The position numbers were made by a program, and so were the translations under genes. Positions 26,597-32,000 of a stretch of DNA of 32,000 nucleotides are shown here, in pieces. Source of the stretch: Iocasia fonsfrigidae (GTDB lineage: Bacteria; Bacillota; Halanaerobiia; Halanaerobiales; DTU029); assembly GCF_017751145.1 (NCBI RefSeq), contig NZ_CP046640.1:444137-476136 (forward strand), read 5' to 3'. The notes under the pieces were generated by a model. That model had not been told where the DNA came from. It searched no databases and saw nothing but the letters and a program-made list of their open reading frames with translations. Each line of letters begins with the position of its first letter. Position 1 is the stretch's first letter.

Positions 26597-26721
26597 GACA
26601 AATATATTTACTTCCCTTGTCGTGCGCTACAGTGTCCTACTTTCGCTTACTGTCGAGAAATTGTCTTCCGGCGTCCATGCCTCCAGACAATTTCTAGAGT
26701 CGTCCAGTAAATATATTTGTC
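26597..26721. repeat. ~125-bp palindromic dispersed intergenic repeat, copy 3
   Basis: GACAAATATATTTACTTCCCTTGTCGTGCGCTACAGTGTCC...GTCCAGTAAATATATTTGTC. Inner arms AGAAATTGTCT/AGACAATTTCT are perfect. Confidence 0.93.
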
Positions 26722-26803
26722 TGGATTAATAACAGTGGTGGTCGGGATGCTTTATCTAATAAAGAAATATAGTAAGTTGATGTAAAAAGAGGGGTGCCAG
26801 TAA

Positions 26804-27895
26804 TTGAAGATTATCTACCGTTATATTTTTATCGAATTAATAACACCACTACTATTTGGAATTGCTGCTTTTGCTGCTATTTTTATTGGTACAGATTTAC
26901 TCTTTGAATTAATTGAATACTATAACAACTATGGAGTTGAACTTCTGACCTTGCTTCAGTTGTTTTTCTTAAATCTGCCAACAATTATTGTTATAACTTT
27001 TCCGATGGCTACCCTCTTAGGGACTATTATGTCCTATGGGAGGTTGTCTGGTGATAATGAGATCACTGCTTTAAGGGCAGGTGGTATCAGTGTTTATCGT
27101 TTGGTGCGCCCTGCTTTATTCCTGGGAATATTAATGACTTTATTTACTATCGGTGTTAATGAATATATTGTACCACAGGCTAATTATCTTAATGAACAGA
27201 TAGTCTATCAGTTTAAACATGGGGAGAGGATGCCTTCTACACAACATAATCTCTTCCTTACCCCTTTGAAAGATGGTTACCCTGATTATGTTCTCTATAC
27301 TAAACTTTATGATGGGGAAACAGGTGTTATGCAGGAGATAATCTTTCAGGATTATGAAGAGGGGAAACCTGTTACCTTGATTCAGGCTGAAAACGCTGTT
27401 TATACAGGGGATAGATGGAAGTTTTTAAACGGGCATATTTATCGACTCGAACCTGGTGAGCGGATACCAGATCTGAAATTTGAAGAATATGATGTTAATA
27501 ATCTAAATTATACACCAGCTCAGATGGCTCGTTTAAATAAAAAAATATCTGATATGAATTTTACTGAATTAATAGAATATATTAATCTTAAGAAATCACA
27601 GGGGAATGATGTTAATAAGGAGTTAGTAGAACTTCATCAACGTATATCGATTCCCTTTGCTAGTTTTATTTTTGCTCTGCTGGCAGCAACACTGGGGATT
27701 CAACCCCAACGTTCAGGTGGCTCGGCTACTGGTATGGGTTTGAGTATTATTGTTATTTTTATTTATTATACATTAATGACTGTTGGTAGTGCCCTGGGAG
27801 AGCAGGGAACGATTCCGCCATTTTTGGGGGCCTGGCTACAAAATTTTGTTTTTATGATTACAGGGGGAATAATGCTCTATCGTCTGGGGAGATAA
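26804..27895 (+). CDS. LptF/LptG family LPS export permease (YjgP/YjgQ)
   Basis: KIIYRYIFIELITPLLFGIAAFAAIFIGTDLLFEL, TFPMATLLGTIMSYGRLSGDNEITALRAGGISVYRLVRP, HQRISIPFASFIFALLAATLGIQPQRSG. TTG start. Confidence 0.92.
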   Translation: MKIIYRYIFIELITPLLFGIAAFAAIFIGTDLLFELIEYYNNYGVELLTLLQLFFLNLPTIIVITFPMATLLGTIMSYGRLSGDNEITALRAGGISVYRLVRPALFLGILMTLFTIGVNEYIVPQANYLNEQIVYQFKHGERMPSTQHNLFLTPLKDGYPDYVLYTKLYDGETGVMQEIIFQDYEEGKPVTLIQAENAVYTGDRWKFLNGHIYRLEPGERIPDLKFEEYDVNNLNYTPAQMARLNKKISDMNFTELIEYINLKKSQGNDVNKELVELHQRISIPFASFIFALLAATLGIQPQRSGGSATGMGLSIIVIFIYYTLMTVGSALGEQGTIPPFLGAWLQNFVFMITGGIMLYRLGR

Positions 27896-27918
27896 GATAT
27901 CGGAAGGGGTGAAGGCTT

Positions 27919-29199
27919 ATGTATGGGATACTGCTGGTAAGCGTTGTGATAACCCTTAGTGGCTTTATGGCCTATCTGGGGGATCAGATCGGTATGAAAA
28001 TCGGCAAGAAAAGGATATCCCTCTTTGGCCTGCGCCCAAAATATACCTCAATAATCATAACAGTCTTGACAGGTGTCCTGATTGCTACTCTGACTATCAC
28101 AGTTATTCTTCTTACCAATAATGGTGTCCGTAAGGCATTATTTAATATTCAGGAGGTTTTAGTAAGGCTTGATGACCTCAACCAGCAGCTGGCAGTTAAA
28201 GATCGGTCCCTACAGGATAGGGAGGTAGAGATCGCTGAACGGGAAAGGGAACTGGTCCTGATTCAGCAGCAGAAGACTGAACTGGAAGAAAAACTGAACC
28301 AGAATCAGCAGGAATTTGCCAGAACCAGACAAAAACTGTTGGCTACCCAGGATGAACTTACTAATACCCGTAGTGATGTGAAAGAACTGGAAAATAAGCG
28401 AGTAGAGTTGCAGGATACTAATCAGGAATTAAATGAAAGGATAGCCAGCTTGCACGAACAGAGGAAAGAACTGGAAAATAAGATGGTGGTATTAAATGAA
28501 AAGATAGATTCTCTTAATGAAGATTATGAAAAAGCCAGGTTTATGGCCTATAAATATGGTGCTGGACTGCAGTATTACCGGGAAGGGGATATAGTCTTCC
28601 AGCGGGGAGACATAATTTATTCAGATGTGATTGAGACCGGACAGACACAGCAGGAGATAGTTGACCAGCTGTCAGCCTTTCTGGAGAGGGCTGATCAAAA
28701 GGTGAAGGAGTATCCAGTCAGAGTTGACGAAGAACTAGGGACTACCCTTCAGCTTAGAGCAGAAGAGATTTTTACAGTGGCCCGGACAATTATTAATGCC
28801 GATTATGACCGAGTTATTGTCAGTCTGGTGGCTAGTGTTAATGTCCCTCAAGGTGACTGGGTATATGCCAATTTTATTTTAAATGAAGATTTTATTGTTT
28901 TTCAACAAGATGAGTATATTGCTGAATGTGTAATAGATGCTGATGGGAAAGATATTGAAGATAAATTAAGTGAACTACTGACTGATATTAATACTAGGGC
29001 TGTTAGAGAAGGACTCCTGGTTGATAACCAGGGTGATGTCGGTAGTATTGATTATGATGAATTTTACCGGCTCCATAACCAAATCTTGAATTACCATGGT
29101 AAGGTTAAGATAAAGGCCTATGCCGGGGAAGATATCTGGCGTGAGGATAGGTTATCAAATAACCTCAGCTTTGAAATCAGTTCTGTTGAGGGGGAATAG
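27919..29199 (+). CDS. DUF3084 domain-containing membrane/coiled-coil protein
   Basis: Two N-terminal TMs around GDQIGMKIGKKRISLFGLRPKYTSIIITVLTGVLIA, a long coiled coil, and a conserved C-terminal domain with AYAGEDIWREDRLSNNL. Confidence 0.8.
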   Translation: MYGILLVSVVITLSGFMAYLGDQIGMKIGKKRISLFGLRPKYTSIIITVLTGVLIATLTITVILLTNNGVRKALFNIQEVLVRLDDLNQQLAVKDRSLQDREVEIAERERELVLIQQQKTELEEKLNQNQQEFARTRQKLLATQDELTNTRSDVKELENKRVELQDTNQELNERIASLHEQRKELENKMVVLNEKIDSLNEDYEKARFMAYKYGAGLQYYREGDIVFQRGDIIYSDVIETGQTQQEIVDQLSAFLERADQKVKEYPVRVDEELGTTLQLRAEEIFTVARTIINADYDRVIVSLVASVNVPQGDWVYANFILNEDFIVFQQDEYIAECVIDADGKDIEDKLSELLTDINTRAVREGLLVDNQGDVGSIDYDEFYRLHNQILNYHGKVKIKAYAGEDIWREDRLSNNLSFEISSVEGE

Positions 29200-29201
29200 T
29201 T

Positions 29202-29597
29202 ATGCTGCTGGCCATTGACCCCGGGAGGGATAAGTGTGGGATAGCTGTTATGACAGGCGATGCTGCTGTCATTTTTCAGGAAATAGTGGCAACAGAAAAA
29301 ATTGAATCATATCTGCTTGAACTCCTGAATAGGTATAAAATAGAGGAGGTTGTCCTTGGTAATGGGACATTTTCAGAGGAGGTTGCCAGGAAGATTGAGA
29401 AAAACTATGACTTGCCTCTGATGTTAATAAAGGAGGCCTATACTACGCTGGCTGCTGAAGAGAGATACCGCCAGGTAAAATACTCCGGTATTAAGCGCTT
29501 CTTCCTGTCTTTTATCAAGTGGAAACCCTCTTTTCCGGTAGATGATTATGCAGCTGTAATTTTGGGAGAGAGGTATCTGAAAGATAAGGGGTTATAA
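29202..29597 (+). CDS. YqgF/RuvC-like RNase H-fold protein
   Basis: LLAIDPGRDKCGIAVMTGD followed by EEVVLGNGTFSEEVARKIE and a C-terminal DDYAAVILGERYL, matching the RNase H-fold catalytic pattern. Confidence 0.75.
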   Translation: MLLAIDPGRDKCGIAVMTGDAAVIFQEIVATEKIESYLLELLNRYKIEEVVLGNGTFSEEVARKIEKNYDLPLMLIKEAYTTLAAEERYRQVKYSGIKRFFLSFIKWKPSFPVDDYAAVILGERYLKDKGL

Positions 29598-29632
29598 TAC
29601 TGGATAATACTAACAGATAATTTTTATCTTTT

Positions 29633-29669
29633 TTTGCAGGACTTTAGGAGGAAAAGTGGAATATATATA
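29633..29669 (+). promoter_or_regulatory. TTGCAGGA-type intergenic motif, copy 1
   Basis: TTTGCAGGACTTTAGGAGGAAAAGTGGAATATATATA. Shares TTGCAGGA.TTTTAGGA...GTG..GAATATA with copy 2. Confidence 0.5.
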
Positions 29670-29751
29670 GACAGAATCAGATAAAACACTTATAATTATA
29701 GGTGTTGTATTGGAAAAAGGATTTTTAAAAAATATTAAAAAACTTTATTTC

Positions 29752-29787
29752 CTTGCAGGAGTTTTAGGATTTGTGTTGAATATAATA
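29752..29787 (+). promoter_or_regulatory. TTGCAGGA-type intergenic motif, copy 2
   Basis: CTTGCAGGAGTTTTAGGATTTGTGTTGAATATAATA, about 119 bp downstream of copy 1. Confidence 0.5.
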
Positions 29788-29869
29788 CAGTGATAGTCGA
29801 TTTTTACTTATATTGTTGATAGTTAATTACTTAATTTTTTTGTGTAAAATTTAATTATGTCAAAAGTCT

Positions 29870-30080
29870 TATCATCTCAGGCTAAACATGTGTGGAGAGG
29901 AGGTGCCCCCCGATTCACAGAGCTGTGAGAGATGATAGGGTTCTATATAATAGTTCATTGACAACTGAAGGAGAACGAGATGAGGAAACTAGGAGACTCA
30001 TTTTCTGTTCCCTTAGGTGAGAAATGAACTGGTAGAACTATTTTATTTTAAACCTAAAAAATCAAGGGGGAATTATTGTA
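29870..30080 (+). promoter_or_regulatory. Long, possibly structured 5' leader of the SLH/porin gene
   Basis: There is a non-coding gap of more than 480 bp before the CDS. The G/C-richer block includes GGAGGTGCCCCCC and long-range complementarity between AGTTCATT (29952-29959) and AATGAACT (30023-30030). Confidence 0.4.
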
Positions 30081-31889
30081 ATGAAGAGAATTGTTATTGC
30101 TGCATTTTTAGTATTGGCTTTAACTGCTTCTGCCTTTGCCGCTTCTTTCGCAGATGTGCCTTCAAGTCACTGGGCATACGGAGCAGTTAACAAACTTGTT
30201 GCTTCCGGTATTCTTTCCGGTTATCCAGATGGGACTTTTAAAGGCCAGAATAACCTGAGCCGTTATGAAATCGCTGTTGTTGTTGCCCGTGTTCTCGACC
30301 AGATTGAAGCAGAACAGGCTGCTTTAGCTGATGAAATTGCTGACGCTGATAGCCTGAGTGTTGGTCAAGCACAACAGGTTAACGAAATTGTTAAGGCTAT
30401 TGTTGCCAAAAATACTGGTGAAGAATTAAGTAATGAACAGGCTAACGAAGTTCGTAGTATAGTTCAGGCCCTGACCTTTGAATTCAGGCCAGAACTGAAA
30501 GAACTCGGTGCTGCTGTTGATGCCTTAGCAGTAGATGTTGACGAATTAGACTCCAGGGTAGCTGCTTTAGAAGCAGAACCAAGAGACAATGTAAGTTTCT
30601 CAGGTACTGTAGATACTATCTTTGAAACAGCTAACTATGGTGATAATCCTTATGCAACTATGCTTGTATGGGCTGATGATGATGCCTTAGATGAATTAGA
30701 TGATGATAATGCAATTACAGGTGTTGATGATGGTGATATGCCAGCTGCCAAGGCCTTTTATCAGGAAATTGGTTTAGATATAGCAGCTAATGTTGGTGAT
30801 GTTAATTTTGATTTAGCAATAGATACTCTTAAAAATCTATTTAGTGAAACTGATACTGTAGTAGATGGTATTAAACTTGGTGAAACTGCAGACAGTGATG
30901 CTTTTGAAATGGATACAGCATTACTAACCATTTCTAAAGATGATTATACCTTTAAAGCGGGTAGTTTTGAGGATTATGATGTTGACCCTTACTTTATTGA
31001 TGATGAAGATATGGAAGGTATCGAAATAACTGCCCCACTTGCTGGTATTGATTTCAAGGCCTTTGCCGTAGGTGATGAAGATGATGATGCTGATGAGTTT
31101 GAAAAAGATTACTATGGTGTAACTGCTACAGCAGATATGGATATCTTCAAATTAATCGGTAAGTTATATCATGCACGTCTTGAAAGTGAAGATGCGGTAA
31201 CTGATTTTGCTATAGCAGCTGAAGCTGATGTTACTGATGAGCTGACTATGGGTGGAGAGGTTGTTTTCAATACAAATGACGGTAGTAGTGATGAAAATGA
31301 TACACTCTTTAACTTAAATGGTAGCTATATCCTTAGTGATGTAGTAACATTGCGCGGTCTATTTGAAACAGTTGGTGAAGACTTCAATTCTACTGATACT
31401 GTCTTATCTGACCTGGAAGAAGATAACAACTATGACAAATATAATGTAGGTGCAGACTTTGCCTTGAATGCTAACAATACTGTTACAGCTGACTATACTT
31501 TAGTAGATGCTGATAAAGACGAAAATAAAAACAAATTCGAAGTTGGCTTAGAAAATACTACTGGTAAATTCACTAATCATGCATCCGTTGAATTTACCCA
31601 AAATGATGACTATGATGAAAATGGCGGAGAAGATGTAACACTCCTGACCTTAGGTACAAAGTATGCTATGTCTGATGCAACTACCATTGCTGCTGACTTA
31701 GTAAACAAATCAGCTGATGCAGCTGACTTAAGCTATACCTATCTGGTAGGAAGTATTGACCATAAACTATCAGATAACATAAGCTGGATTAATGAAGTTC
31801 AGTTAATCAATGGTGAAATAGATATACTTGGTAATACAGAAGATGCTGAAGGTAATTCCTTCAAATCTCAATTATCTGTAAGCTTCTAA
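30081..31889 (+). CDS. SLH-domain plus beta-barrel outer membrane protein (OmpM-like)
   Basis: Signal peptide, one SLH domain (FADVPSSHWAYGAVNKLVASGILSGYPDGTFKGQNNLSRYEIAVVVARVL), coiled-coil linker, acidic beta-rich region and terminal SFKSQLSVSF ending in Phe. RBS AAGGGGGAA precedes it. Confidence 0.85.
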   Translation: MKRIVIAAFLVLALTASAFAASFADVPSSHWAYGAVNKLVASGILSGYPDGTFKGQNNLSRYEIAVVVARVLDQIEAEQAALADEIADADSLSVGQAQQVNEIVKAIVAKNTGEELSNEQANEVRSIVQALTFEFRPELKELGAAVDALAVDVDELDSRVAALEAEPRDNVSFSGTVDTIFETANYGDNPYATMLVWADDDALDELDDDNAITGVDDGDMPAAKAFYQEIGLDIAANVGDVNFDLAIDTLKNLFSETDTVVDGIKLGETADSDAFEMDTALLTISKDDYTFKAGSFEDYDVDPYFIDDEDMEGIEITAPLAGIDFKAFAVGDEDDDADEFEKDYYGVTATADMDIFKLIGKLYHARLESEDAVTDFAIAAEADVTDELTMGGEVVFNTNDGSSDENDTLFNLNGSYILSDVVTLRGLFETVGEDFNSTDTVLSDLEEDNNYDKYNVGADFALNANNTVTADYTLVDADKDENKNKFEVGLENTTGKFTNHASVEFTQNDDYDENGGEDVTLLTLGTKYAMSDATTIAADLVNKSADAADLSYTYLVGSIDHKLSDNISWINEVQLINGEIDILGNTEDAEGNSFKSQLSVSF

Positions 31890-31910
31890 ACAGGCTGAGA
31901 GAAGAAACAG

Positions 31911-31946
31911 AGTCCTGGAGGGGTTTTCTCTCCAGGGCTTTTTTTA
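31911..31946 (+). terminator. Intrinsic terminator of the SLH/porin gene
   Basis: GTCCTGGAGGGGTTTTCTCTCCAGGGCTTTTTTT: CCTGGAG/CTCCAGG stem and T-tract. Confidence 0.85.
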
Positions 31947-32000
31947 TTAGTTAAGGAAATTATGTGAGTTTGAAATTATGAATAACTTTGAAGATCGACA

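Noticed and set aside
16885-26721. CRISPR interpretation of the repeated 124-bp sequences
   Set aside because: Only three long, palindromic, widely dispersed copies, with no regular spacers and no cas genes.

Overview
This window looks like a chromosomal segment of a diderm (outer-membrane-bearing) Firmicute of the Halanaerobiales type. The taxonomy is inferred from gene content, low GC and acidic proteins. The left edge holds the C-terminal tail of a probable M23 peptidase, a strong bidirectional terminator, and cstA on the minus strand. Next come spoIIID, an mreB/mbl homologue and an SpoIVB-type S55 peptidase. From about 5.8 to 29.6 kb there is a nearly continuous plus-strand envelope supercluster: tamB-like, an orphan sigma factor, a small membrane protein, bamA, three OmpH/Skp-related coiled-coil genes, lpxD, a small putative beta-barrel, an unusual ABC-type pair, lpxC-fabZ-lpxA-lpxI-lpxB, lptC-lptA-lptB-lptF/G, a DUF3084 protein and a YqgF/RuvC-like protein. 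It is followed by an SLH-domain plus beta-barrel (OmpM-like) gene with a long leader. The best candidates for new biology are: (1) a 782-790 aa TM-large extracytoplasmic domain-3TM protein ending in an EAA-like loop, adjacent to a GlnQ-like ATPase, inside the LPS cluster; (2) a short sigma factor between tamB and bamA; (3) a ~124-bp palindromic intergenic repeat in three full copies with a compensatory base change, plus a possible fourth at the window end; (4) a separate ~206-bp nested palindrome and a ~112-bp nested palindrome; (5) a long, potentially structured leader and repeated TTGCAGGA motifs upstream of the SLH-porin gene. No CRISPR array, rRNA, tRNA or transposase gene was recognised.
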